Positions 1 through 8,849 of a stretch of DNA of 15,458 nucleotides are shown here, one piece after another; within the stretch, counting starts at the first letter, position 1, and every line of letters starts with the position of its first letter. The notes under the pieces are model-generated. The model worked only from the letters and a program-made list of their open reading frames with translations. It was not told the DNA's origin and ran no database searches. The DNA lies in assembly GCA_037442825.1 (NCBI GenBank), contig JBBIPN010000029.1:1-15458 (forward strand), written 5' to 3'. A program made the translations under genes and the position numbers. The DNA comes from Sulfurihydrogenibium sp. Its GTDB lineage: Bacteria > Aquificota > Aquificia > Aquificales > Hydrogenothermaceae.

Positions 1-80
1 TTTCGAACCCGGCAGTTAAGCCCACCAGCGCCCATGATACTGATCGGGAGACCGATCGGGAAAGTAGGTCGACGCCAGGA
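1..80 (+). rRNA. rrf: 5S rRNA, 3' portion (5' end outside window)
   Basis: GC-rich island with hallmark 5S motifs: TCGAAC (loop C), GTTAAGC, GATACTG, the GATCGG-GAGA-CCGATC hairpin, GAAAGTAGGTCG and terminal CGCCAGG. Confidence 0.95.
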
Positions 81-83
81 CTT

Positions 84-311
84 TTATCTATCTATCCCCA
101 TCCTACTTAACTTTCTCTACATTGAAACCCCATCTATTCCTAATATTTTTGCAGCTTTAGTTTTATTCCAATTTATACTTTCTGAAGTATTTATTATTTT
201 CTTAATATCTTCTTTACAGTTATCCCCCTTAATGAGGTATGATAAAGTTTTTGCTTTATCATTTATTAATTTTATGTTTTTATTTTTATCTATAAATATT
301 ACGCCATCATT
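84..311 (-). pseudogene. Remnant of a PAS-domain sigma54-dependent (NtrC/Fis-family) activator: PAS N-terminal part joined in frame to the Fis HTH, with an internal stop
   Basis: Manual minus-strand translation gives NDGVIFIDKNKNIKLINDKAKTLSYLIKGDNCKEDIKKIINTSESINWNKTKAAKILGIDGVSM*RKLSRMGIDR*. DGVIFID..N..A is a PAS start. WNKTKAAKILGI...RKL is a Fis-type HTH_8. TAG at 119-117 sits where W/Y is expected. No start codon, no AAA+ domain. Confidence 0.8.
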
Positions 312-454
312 TTAGGACTTCCTTCAAAAGGAAGCATATATTTTATTGCTGTAATCATAGATCCTTTAAATTTAAGTCTTTTTGTGAGTATGGTAGCTTT
401 TGCCCCCATCTCTACTTTTGCTAATATATTACAATTGTCAAAAGTAGCCTACAT
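299..454 (-). pseudogene. Degraded C-terminal fragment of an SCP2 (sterol carrier/lipid-binding) domain protein
   Basis: Manual translation gives M*ATFDNCNILAKVEMGAKATILTKRLKFKGSMITAIKYMLPFEGSPKMMA*. LTKRLKFKGSM..A.KY resembles the SCP2 C-terminal (G/R)KLK.KG motif. In-frame TAG at 451-449; 5' half absent. Family recognised from memory, not by search. Confidence 0.6.
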
Positions 455-510
455 TAATGTTGTAACAATATTGAGCTGTTGCAGATTTTAAATTTGCTAT
501 TAAAATGCTG

Positions 511-540
511 TGCTATAATAAAAACAAAAAATAAAGGGGT
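511..540 (+). promoter_or_regulatory. Extended -10 sigma70 promoter (TGcTATAAT) and RBS for folP
   Basis: TG at 511-512, perfect TATAAT at 514-519, AAGGGGT at 534-540 ahead of ATG 546. No well-spaced -35. Confidence 0.65.
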
Positions 541-545
541 AATGG

Positions 546-1607
546 ATGTTTCCTATAATTAAGCCAATAGAAGAACGTGTTTTTAAAATATTCTTTGATG
601 ATCCTTTTATATCTCCTGTAATTGTTAAGAATGAAGAAGAATTTAAATCTATAGTAGGAAGTTTATTATCAAAAGGTAAAAATGAAGTTGCAAAGGAACT
701 TACACAGCAGTGGGTAAATTTAAATAAACAGCATTTTAAGATTAACTATCATGGAAAGTTTTTAAACTTAGGTGTAAAAACTGCTATTATGGGAATTGTT
801 AATGTCACCCCTGATTCTTTTTCCAATGGAAGTCAAGATTACAAAGATATTAATAAAATTTTAAATATTGTAGAAAATATGCTTGAAAATGGAGCAGATA
901 TTATAGATGTAGGAGGAGAATCTACAAGACCAAAAGCTGATCCAGTACCTTTAGAAGAAGAGATTGATAGAGTTATTCCTGTTATAAAAGCAATAAGAAA
1001 AGAGTTTGGCGATAGATTTTTACTTTCAGTAGATACTTATAAATCTACTGTTGCTGATATATCGATAAATGAAGGTGCAGATATTGTTAATGATATTAGT
1101 GGAATGACATTTGATGCAAAAATGGTAGATGTTGTTGCAAAACATGACTGTTTAGTTGTTGTTAATCACATAAAGGGGACACCTAAAACGATGCAAGAAG
1201 ATATTTATTATGATGATGTTGTATTAGAAGTTATACAGTTTTTAAAAAAACAAATTGAATATGGAATATCTAAAGGAATTAAACCAGATAGATTTATAAT
1301 AGATCCAGGTATAGGGTTTGGAAAAAATGTAGAACATAATGTGGAGATAATCAAAAGATTAGAAGAGTTTAAAATACTTGGAAAACCTGTTCTTATAGGA
1401 ATATCAAGGAAATCCTTTTTAAATGTTATACTAAAAAATCTATTAACAAAAAAAGATGTTACACCTAAAGAGAGATTAAATGCAACATTTGGTGCCACAG
1501 CTTATGCCGTTATGAAAGGTGCCCACATAGTAAGAGTTCATGATGTTAAAGAAACTGCCGAATTTTTAACTATATTAGATACAATTAAAGGGTATAAAAT
1601 TGAATAA
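546..1607 (+). CDS. folP: Dihydropteroate synthase with ~75-aa N-terminal extension
   Basis: Motifs IMGIVNVTPDSFS, GADIIDVGGESTRP, SVDTYK, NDISG, DPGIGFGK, SRKSF, IVRVHDV. Confidence 0.97.
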   Translation: MFPIIKPIEERVFKIFFDDPFISPVIVKNEEEFKSIVGSLLSKGKNEVAKELTQQWVNLNKQHFKINYHGKFLNLGVKTAIMGIVNVTPDSFSNGSQDYKDINKILNIVENMLENGADIIDVGGESTRPKADPVPLEEEIDRVIPVIKAIRKEFGDRFLLSVDTYKSTVADISINEGADIVNDISGMTFDAKMVDVVAKHDCLVVVNHIKGTPKTMQEDIYYDDVVLEVIQFLKKQIEYGISKGIKPDRFIIDPGIGFGKNVEHNVEIIKRLEEFKILGKPVLIGISRKSFLNVILKNLLTKKDVTPKERLNATFGATAYAVMKGAHIVRVHDVKETAEFLTILDTIKGYKIE

Positions 1608-2439
1608 ATTCCAAGAATTATTATACATATTTGATAGCATAAAATTAAATGATATATTAGATATCTTTATTGTTGCTATCATTATATACTACCTTCTTAA
1701 GTTTTTAGCAGGAACAAGGGGATGGCAAATACTTATTGGTTTATTGATTTTATTGTTATTCTGGATAAATGCTAAAATCTTTGAGCTTAAAACATTAGAA
1801 TGGGTGTTTGAAAATTTATGGAGCATAGGTATATTTTTAGTTGTTGTTTTATTTCAACCTGAACTAAGAAGAGTATTAGCAAAGCTTGGTGAAAAGGGTA
1901 TTTTTAGATTTTTAATTCCTTCAAATAAAAAAATTGTAGATGATATTATAAGATCTGCAATTTTTATGGCTGAGAGAAAGATAGGTGCTTTAATAGTATT
2001 TGAAAGGTCTATAGATTTAACAAATTATATTGAAGGCTATGTTAAAATCAATTCAGAAGTTACACCTGAAATTATTATATCTATTTTTACACCACAGACA
2101 CCTTTACATGATGGAGCAATCATCATAAAAGAGAAGAAAATAGCCTTTGCAAGAGCATTTTTACCTTTAACAGTGTCAACAGGTTTACCAGAAAATTTAG
2201 GTACAAGACATAGAGCTGCAGTAGGTATTTCAGAGGAAACAGACGCAGTTACTTTAGTTGTTTCCGAAGAAAGGGGAGAAATATCTTTAACTGTTGATGG
2301 AAAAATTTATAAAAATATAGATGTATTAATACTTAGGAAAAAGTTATACAAACTCCTTGAAATTGAAAAACCTTCTACTTTTGAGATTTTAAGAAAAAAA
2401 TTAAAAAAGGTAAAAGATGAAGTTAAAGAAAATATATAA
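1600..2439 (+). CDS. cdaA: Diadenylate cyclase CdaA (membrane-anchored, DisA_N domain)
   Basis: Three N-terminal hydrophobic helices, FQPELRR, catalytic PLHDGA and GTRHRAA, VVSEERG. TTG start overlaps the folP stop. Confidence 0.96.
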   Translation: MNKFQELLYIFDSIKLNDILDIFIVAIIIYYLLKFLAGTRGWQILIGLLILLLFWINAKIFELKTLEWVFENLWSIGIFLVVVLFQPELRRVLAKLGEKGIFRFLIPSNKKIVDDIIRSAIFMAERKIGALIVFERSIDLTNYIEGYVKINSEVTPEIIISIFTPQTPLHDGAIIIKEKKIAFARAFLPLTVSTGLPENLGTRHRAAVGISEETDAVTLVVSEERGEISLTVDGKIYKNIDVLILRKKLYKLLEIEKPSTFEILRKKLKKVKDEVKENI

Positions 2440-2824
2440 AAAATTGAAATTGACAGTTTTTAATAATCTTCATTTAAAATTACTATCTCTTTTTGTTGCA
2501 TTTTTATTATGGCTTAATGTTGCATCTTTTTCAAAAACAAAATATCAAATTCATAGTTATGTTGATATAGTTAATCTTCCAGAGAATTTGGAAATAGTAA
2601 AAATTAAACCAGAGAAAGTTAATATTATACTTGAGGGAAGAAAAAACAATATTAATAGTAAGTTAACAGATATTGCAGTGTACGTTGACGGTAAGAAATT
2701 AAAAGTTGGTAGAAATAAAGTATCTGTAAATGTTTTTGTACCTACGAAAGATTTAACACTTATTTCTGTTGAACCTGAAAGTGTTATAATATTTACTCGT
2801 AAAAAAATTAATTTAGAGGAATAA
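2417..2824 (+). CDS. cdaR: CdaR/YbbR-like regulator (one TM helix plus a single YbbR domain)
   Basis: NNLHLKLLSLFVAFLLW anchor typical of YbbR proteins, NLPENL..P..V.I.LEG, and position directly after cdaA. Confidence 0.85.
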   Translation: MKLKKIYKKLKLTVFNNLHLKLLSLFVAFLLWLNVASFSKTKYQIHSYVDIVNLPENLEIVKIKPEKVNIILEGRKNNINSKLTDIAVYVDGKKLKVGRNKVSVNVFVPTKDLTLISVEPESVIIFTRKKINLEE

Positions 2825-2826
2825 AA

Positions 2827-4749
2827 TTGGAAGTATTTGTAGAAGATTTAAATCAAAATGTAGAAATTAAAGAGTATTCAACATTAAAAGATGTTTTAGT
2901 TAATTTAAATGGAAAGTTTAAAGATGTTATAGGTGGTATATTTGAATCTGAGATTATAGATCTTCATACCCCAATTACGAAAGAAGGTAGATTAAAACTT
3001 TTAACAAAAAAAGATAAAGAAAGTTTAGAGATATTTAGACATTCGCTGGCTCATATTATGGCTCAAGCATTGAAGGAACTTTATGGTGATAAAAATGTCC
3101 ATTTAGGTATTGGTCCAACTACAGAAAATGGTTTTTACTATGATGTAGAAATAGAAGGTAAAAGATTAACAGATGAAGATCTGCCTGTTATTGAAGAAAA
3201 AATGAAAGAGATAATTAGAAAAGGTTATGAGATAATAAGAGAAGAAATAAATCGTGAAGATGCAACAAAGTTTTTTGAGAATAAAAAAGAGATATACAAA
3301 ATTGATATTATAAAACATAACATACCTGAAAATGAGCCTATAACAGTATACAAACAGGGAGATTTTGTAGACCTATGTAGAGGTCCACATTTACCATCTA
3401 CAGATAAAGCAGGTTATTTTAAGTTAGTTTCTGTATCTGGTGCATACTGGAGAGGAAAAGAAACAAATCCAATGCTACAAAGGATATATGGAGTAGCTTT
3501 CTGGAGTGAAAAAGAACTTAAAGATTATCTTAATATGTTGGAAGAAGCAAAGAAAAGGGACCATAGAAAAATTGGTAAAGACTTAGAACTATTTTTAATA
3601 GATGAAGAAGTTGGTGGTGGATTAGCTATATGGTTACCAAAAGGCGCGATTATAAGAAAAGAAATTGAAGATGATTGGAAAAAAGAACATTTAAAAAGAG
3701 GTTATCAGTTAGTTTATACGCCACATGTAGGTAAAGAACACCTTTGGCAAACAAGTGGTCATTTATCTTTTTATCAGGAAAATATGTATCCAAGAATGCA
3801 AATAGAAGAAGAAGGTTACTATGTAAAACCGATGAACTGTCCATTTCACGTTGAAATTTATAAATCTAAACAGAGAAGTTATAGAGAATTACCAATAAAA
3901 CTTGCTGAACTTGGAACTGTTTATAGGTATGAAAGAAGTGGAGCTTTACATGGTCTTATGAGAGTTAGAGGATTTACTCAAGATGATGCACATATAATAT
4001 GTAGAGAAGATCAAGTAGAAAATGAAATAAAAGATGTTTTAAACTTTGCACTTGATACATTAAGATCTTACGGCTTTAATGAGTTTGAGATTTATTTATC
4101 AACAAGACCAGAAAAGTCAGTTGGTGATGATAGAATGTGGGAAGTTGCTACAAACTCTCTTAAAAAAGCAATAGAGTCTACTAGTTTAGATTATAAAATA
4201 GATGAAGGTGGTGGAGCATTTTACGGTCCAAAAATAGACGTAAAAATAAAAGATGCAATAGGTCGAATGTGGCAATGTTCTACTATACAATTTGATTTTA
4301 ATTTACCAGAACGTTTTGATATGTATTACATAGGTGAAGACAATAAAAGACATAGACCTTACATGATCCATAGAGCTATTTTTGGATCTATCGAACGATT
4401 TATAGGTGTTTTAATAGAGCATTATGCTGGATTTTTACCACTTTGGTTATCTCCAGTTCAAGTAAAAATTATTCCTATTGCTGATAAACATATACATTAT
4501 GCCCAAAATGTAAAATCAAAACTAAATGAGTATAACATTAGAGTCGAAATAGATGATAGAAGTGAAAGGATGAATAAGAAAATAAGAGATGCTGAACTTC
4601 AAAAAATACATTTTATGTTAGTAATTGGCGACAAAGAGATAGAAAATAATAGTGTAGCTGTAAGGGAAAAAGGAAAGCAGGGAACGGAAGTTTTATCTAT
4701 AGATGATTTTATATCTAAAATAAAAAATCTTATTGAAGAAAAGAGATAG
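2827..4749 (+). CDS. thrS: Threonine--tRNA ligase
   Basis: RHSLAHIMAQA, GFYYD, DLCRGPH, RDHRKIG, KPMNCP, LMRVRGFTQDDAH, GAFYGPKID, HRAIFGSIERF. TTG start with AGAGGA RBS. Confidence 0.99.
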   Translation: MEVFVEDLNQNVEIKEYSTLKDVLVNLNGKFKDVIGGIFESEIIDLHTPITKEGRLKLLTKKDKESLEIFRHSLAHIMAQALKELYGDKNVHLGIGPTTENGFYYDVEIEGKRLTDEDLPVIEEKMKEIIRKGYEIIREEINREDATKFFENKKEIYKIDIIKHNIPENEPITVYKQGDFVDLCRGPHLPSTDKAGYFKLVSVSGAYWRGKETNPMLQRIYGVAFWSEKELKDYLNMLEEAKKRDHRKIGKDLELFLIDEEVGGGLAIWLPKGAIIRKEIEDDWKKEHLKRGYQLVYTPHVGKEHLWQTSGHLSFYQENMYPRMQIEEEGYYVKPMNCPFHVEIYKSKQRSYRELPIKLAELGTVYRYERSGALHGLMRVRGFTQDDAHIICREDQVENEIKDVLNFALDTLRSYGFNEFEIYLSTRPEKSVGDDRMWEVATNSLKKAIESTSLDYKIDEGGGAFYGPKIDVKIKDAIGRMWQCSTIQFDFNLPERFDMYYIGEDNKRHRPYMIHRAIFGSIERFIGVLIEHYAGFLPLWLSPVQVKIIPIADKHIHYAQNVKSKLNEYNIRVEIDDRSERMNKKIRDAELQKIHFMLVIGDKEIENNSVAVREKGKQGTEVLSIDDFISKIKNLIEEKR

Positions 4750-4758
4750 GAGATAAAA

Positions 4759-5796
4759 ATGTTAGATAAATTTTTAGGTATGTTTTCTAATGACATTGGT
4801 ATTGATTTGGGAACTGCAAATACACTTATATTTGTGAGAGGGAAGGGGATTGTTTTAACTGAACCTTCAATTGTTGCTGTTGATAAATCTATAAATAAAG
4901 TTTTAGCAGTTGGTAAAGAAGCTAAAGAAATGATAGGTAAAACACCAGAGCATATTCAAGTTATTAGACCTTTAAAGGATGGTGTTATTGCCGATTTTGA
5001 TACTACACAATCTATGCTTAAATATTTTATACAAAAAGTACATACAAATTTCCCACTGTCTAAAATTATAAATCCAAGACCAAGGGTCATTATAGGGGTA
5101 CCTTCCGGTATTACTACTGTTGAGAAAAGGGCTGTTATAGATGCTGCAAAGCAAGCTGGTGCAAGGGAGGTTTATCTTATAGCAGAACCAATGGCAGCAA
5201 CTATTGGTGCAGGATTACCAATAGGACAGCCAAGTGGTAATATGATCGTTGATATAGGTGGAGGAACATCAGAGATAGCCGTTATTTCTTTATCTGGTCT
5301 TGTTATATCTAATTCTATAAGAGTTGCTGGTGATGAGATGAATGAAGCTATTGTTAATTACTTGAAGAGAAATTATCATATATTAATAGGAGAACAAACA
5401 GCTGAGAATATAAAAATAAACTTAGGCTCTGCGTATCCTTCAGACAGAGATAAGCAAACTATAGAGATACGTGGTAGAGATATGGCTGGTATGCCACGTA
5501 GTATTGTTATAACAGGTAAAGATATAAGAGAAGCTTTAGAAGATGTCATTGTTCAAATAGTTAATGCTGTAAAATCTACATTAGAAAAAACACCTCCAGA
5601 ACTTGCAGCAGATATCGTTGAGAGGGGAGTAGTCTTAGCAGGTGGTGGTTCTCTTATATATGGTCTTGATAAAAGAATAAGAGAAGAAACAAACCTACCA
5701 GTTGTATACTGTGAAGATCCACTTACAGCTGTTGCAAGAGGTATTGGCAAAGCTTTACAAAGTATAGAACTTATAAAAAGGGTTTCAATGAAGTAA
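4759..5796 (+). CDS. mreB: Rod shape-determining actin homolog MreB
   Basis: IGIDLGTANT, RPLKDGVIADF, VDIGGGTSE, LAGGGSL, DPLTAVARG; AGGAG RBS. Confidence 0.99.
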   Translation: MLDKFLGMFSNDIGIDLGTANTLIFVRGKGIVLTEPSIVAVDKSINKVLAVGKEAKEMIGKTPEHIQVIRPLKDGVIADFDTTQSMLKYFIQKVHTNFPLSKIINPRPRVIIGVPSGITTVEKRAVIDAAKQAGAREVYLIAEPMAATIGAGLPIGQPSGNMIVDIGGGTSEIAVISLSGLVISNSIRVAGDEMNEAIVNYLKRNYHILIGEQTAENIKINLGSAYPSDRDKQTIEIRGRDMAGMPRSIVITGKDIREALEDVIVQIVNAVKSTLEKTPPELAADIVERGVVLAGGGSLIYGLDKRIREETNLPVVYCEDPLTAVARGIGKALQSIELIKRVSMK

Positions 5797-5797
5797 G

Positions 5798-6586
5798 TTG
5801 AGATTATTTACAAAAAAATCTACTTTTATTGTCTTTTTAACTGTTTTAATTTTAATCGTTTCTTTTTTATTTATTAGTAAATTGAAATTTATACCTTTAA
5901 ATATCTTATATCCGTTTCAATATAGTGTTAATTTTGTAATAGGAACTTTTGATAGTTCTTTAAAACTACTAAAAGATAAAAAAGAGTTAATAAATAAAGC
6001 AAATAAATTAGAATTAGAAAATCAGAAGTTAAAGCTTGAGATTATAAAATATCAAAATGAAATCGAAAATATGAAAAAGATTATGCCTATAATCTCTTTT
6101 GTGGATAAATATCAGATAAAAGATTATACTATAGCTAAAGTTATTGGATTTTCGCCAGATAACTGGAATCGATTTTTTTATATAGACAAAGGGAAAAATG
6201 ATAATGTAAAAATAGGAGATTTAGTTATATCCAATGGTTACCTTATAGGTATTGTAGAAGTTGTAGGTAGTTATTCTTCAGAGGTTATGTCGATATCTGA
6301 TAGAAACTTTAAGATATCTGTAAGAACAAGAAAAACACAAGAAATATGTTTTTTCCAAGGTTTAGGAAATAGAAAAGGAATTTTAAAGTATGTTAGACCA
6401 GAGCAAGATATAAGGGTAGGAGACATTTTAGAAACTACAGCAGTAAACTCTGAAGCTCTAGAAGGTATACCTATAGGTATTATAAGAAAGATAGCTCCAA
6501 AGGAAGGAGAATTTTTTAGAGAAGTTGAGATTGAAACATTTTACTATCCTTACAATTTAAATTACGTTTTGGTAATAAAGAGATGA
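5798..6586 (+). CDS. mreC: Rod shape-determining protein MreC
   Basis: N-terminal TM, coiled coil, AKVIG..P, IDKG...VKIGD, GLIG-like and GIPIG beta-barrel motifs; synteny after mreB. Confidence 0.93.
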   Translation: MRLFTKKSTFIVFLTVLILIVSFLFISKLKFIPLNILYPFQYSVNFVIGTFDSSLKLLKDKKELINKANKLELENQKLKLEIIKYQNEIENMKKIMPIISFVDKYQIKDYTIAKVIGFSPDNWNRFFYIDKGKNDNVKIGDLVISNGYLIGIVEVVGSYSSEVMSISDRNFKISVRTRKTQEICFFQGLGNRKGILKYVRPEQDIRVGDILETTAVNSEALEGIPIGIIRKIAPKEGEFFREVEIETFYYPYNLNYVLVIKR

Positions 6587-7059
6587 TTTACTGCTTAAAA
6601 TATATTTTATTTGGATTATTTTTAATCGTTATCCAATCTACCGTTATATTTAATATTTTAGGTTTTGTAATTATACCAGATATTTTTTTAGTTTATCTTT
6701 TTTGGTTATCTATAACAAAGGAAGAAAACATTCTAAAGACTGTATCTTTCATAGGAGGTATGTTTTTAGATACGTTAAAACCAGATTTTAGTTTTATAAA
6801 TGTATTTAGTTATTTTAGTATCGCTTTTATTATTATAAAGTTCAAAGAAAAGATAGTAATATCTAACTTCTTAATAAGATTTTTTTTAATTTCTTTTTTG
6901 AGTTGTTACCTAATATTTTTTAAAGAGATAGAGATATATGTTGAAAGTAAAATTATTTCTATTGATTACTCCCAGATTGTATTTTATTATATAACAAACC
7001 TTGCTATGATGTATTTTATTTATTACTATGAACTGTTTTTAAGTGAAAATTATGTTTAA
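6583..7059 (+). CDS. mreD: Rod shape-determining protein MreD
   Basis: 158-aa polytopic membrane protein with IQS..., PDIFL and GG.FLD motifs, between mreC and mrdA. Confidence 0.85.
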   Translation: MIYCLKYILFGLFLIVIQSTVIFNILGFVIIPDIFLVYLFWLSITKEENILKTVSFIGGMFLDTLKPDFSFINVFSYFSIAFIIIKFKEKIVISNFLIRFFLISFLSCYLIFFKEIEIYVESKIISIDYSQIVFYYITNLAMMYFIYYYELFLSENYV

Positions 7060-8845
7060 GATAAACAGACTAACGTTTCTAATAACTTTACTGTTGATAT
7101 TTTATACAGTTATTTTGGGGAGACTTTTTTATCTTCAAATAATAAAAGGTAAATATTATAGAGAAATTTCAAATAAAAACTATATAAAGATTTTTTATTC
7201 AAATCCTCCAAGAGGGAAGATTTACGACAGAAATGGTGTTTTGCTTGCTTATGACATACCTACTTATAACTTGGTAGCTCTACCATCTATAATTAAGAAT
7301 AACTACTCTATGGATGAAGTTAAAGAAAATCTAAAAATGTACCTAAATATTGACTTAGAACAAAATATTTACAAAATAATAAAAAATAATAAGTTTCCAA
7401 CAGTAATCTTAAAGAAAAATTTAACTCTTAAAGATGTTGAGAATTTTTACAATTATAGTTATTTATTTAATGGCTTTTACTTGGAAGTTGTCCCAAAAAG
7501 GATGTATACAGAAGAAGCTAATTATCTTTCTCATATTATTGGATATGTTGGATATCCAGAAAAAGAAGAATTAGAAAAAAATCCAAATTTATCACCTAAT
7601 ATGCTTGTTGGGAAAACAGGTGTTGAAAAAATTTTTGATTCTATTTTAAGAGGTGAATCAGGACAAAAAGCGGTTTTGGTAGATGCATTTGGAAGACAAA
7701 AAAAGATTTTATGGGAAAAAGATCCTAAAAAAGGAAATGATATTTATTTAAGTATAGATATAAGAATTCAGAAGATAGTTTATGAAAGTTTTAAAAATAT
7801 AGGTGTTCAGTCTGGTGCTGTTGTCCTTGCTGATCCAAATACATATGAAATATTAGCTATGTTAAGTTATCCAACCTATAATCTACAAAAATTTTACGAA
7901 GGTTTTAGTAATGAAGAATGGACAGAATTAATAAAAAATAAATATAAACCTTTAATTAATAAAGTATTTCTCGGTAGGTATCCACCAGGTTCTATATACA
8001 AACCTATAGTTGGTTTAGCAGCTTTAGAAAAAGGAGTAATATCACCAAATACAAGAATACTTAGTGGATCAGATTTTAGAATTGGAAGATGGGTTTATAG
8101 AAATTGGGATAAAAGAGGATGTGGATTTATAAATATCTCACAAGCTTTAGAAATGTCTTGTGATACATTTTTTTATCAAATAGGTCTAAAATTAGGTGTA
8201 GACAACATTGTAAAATATACAAAACTTTTTGGAATTGGTGAAAAATTAAATTCAGATTTGGAATTTAAAGAAGCTATAGTTCCAAATAGAGAATGGAAAA
8301 GAAAAGTTTTAAAGCAAGGATGGTTTCATGGTGATACTGTAAATTTAAGTATAGGGCAAGGCTATTTATCTATAACACCTTTTGATGCTACTAAAATAAT
8401 TGTAACTATAGCAAATGGTGGAAAAGTTTTTAAACCTAATATATTAAGAGCATATTTTGATAACAAATCTCAAAAACTTGTTCATATTAAGCCTACATTA
8501 ATTAGAATAATAAAAATAAAGCCTTGGAATTTAGATGCTATAAGATATGGAATGTATTTAGTTGTTTATGGACCACAAGGTACAGCAAAATCTTTAAAGA
8601 CTGTTCCAGTTTTAAATGCTGGAAAAACAGGAACTGCACAAGTTTATTCATATATAACAAGACAAAAAAAACATAGTAAATGGGAATTAAGAGACCATGC
8701 TTGGTTTATGGATTTCGCTCCTTATAATAACCCTAAAATAGCAGGTGTTGTATTTGTTGAACATGGTGAAAGTGGTGGTAAAGTTGCAGCCCCTATAATG
8801 GCAAATATATTAAGTATTATATTTAAACAAAGGGTTATAGAGTAG
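7052..8845 (+). CDS. mrdA: Penicillin-binding protein 2 (start ATG 7052 or GTG 7043)
   Basis: RLFYLQI, PPRGKIYDRNG, SxxK (PGSIYK), SxD (SCD), IGQG, KTG (AGKTGTAQ), HAWF, VEHG. Confidence 0.97.
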   Translation: MFKINRLTFLITLLLIFYTVILGRLFYLQIIKGKYYREISNKNYIKIFYSNPPRGKIYDRNGVLLAYDIPTYNLVALPSIIKNNYSMDEVKENLKMYLNIDLEQNIYKIIKNNKFPTVILKKNLTLKDVENFYNYSYLFNGFYLEVVPKRMYTEEANYLSHIIGYVGYPEKEELEKNPNLSPNMLVGKTGVEKIFDSILRGESGQKAVLVDAFGRQKKILWEKDPKKGNDIYLSIDIRIQKIVYESFKNIGVQSGAVVLADPNTYEILAMLSYPTYNLQKFYEGFSNEEWTELIKNKYKPLINKVFLGRYPPGSIYKPIVGLAALEKGVISPNTRILSGSDFRIGRWVYRNWDKRGCGFINISQALEMSCDTFFYQIGLKLGVDNIVKYTKLFGIGEKLNSDLEFKEAIVPNREWKRKVLKQGWFHGDTVNLSIGQGYLSITPFDATKIIVTIANGGKVFKPNILRAYFDNKSQKLVHIKPTLIRIIKIKPWNLDAIRYGMYLVVYGPQGTAKSLKTVPVLNAGKTGTAQVYSYITRQKKHSKWELRDHAWFMDFAPYNNPKIAGVVFVEHGESGGKVAAPIMANILSIIFKQRVIE

Positions 8846-8849
8846 ATAG

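Noticed and set aside
34..315. 93-aa plus-strand ORF
   Set aside because: It begins inside the 5S rRNA and is the antisense shadow of the PAS/Fis-HTH remnant.
318..334. Hairpin CTTCCTT-CAA-AAGGAAG as rRNA operon terminator
   Set aside because: Only a 7-bp stem with a 3-nt loop and no immediate U-tract. It lies within the SCP2-like remnant, ~240 nt from rrf. It cannot be excluded but is not supportable.
431..500. Cluster of short palindromes (ACAATTGT, ACATTAATGT, CAATATTG) as activator binding sites or a sigma54 promoter
   Set aside because: Expected by chance in AT-rich DNA, and no GG-N10-GC -24/-12 motif was found on either strand.
1208..1498. 96-aa minus-strand ORF
   Set aside because: Antisense shadow of folP with no recognisable motif.
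3650..5750. Short minus-strand ORFs 3650..3844, 4599..4796, 4972..5154 and 5553..5750
   Set aside because: Antisense to thrS or mreB, with shadow-like composition and no motifs.
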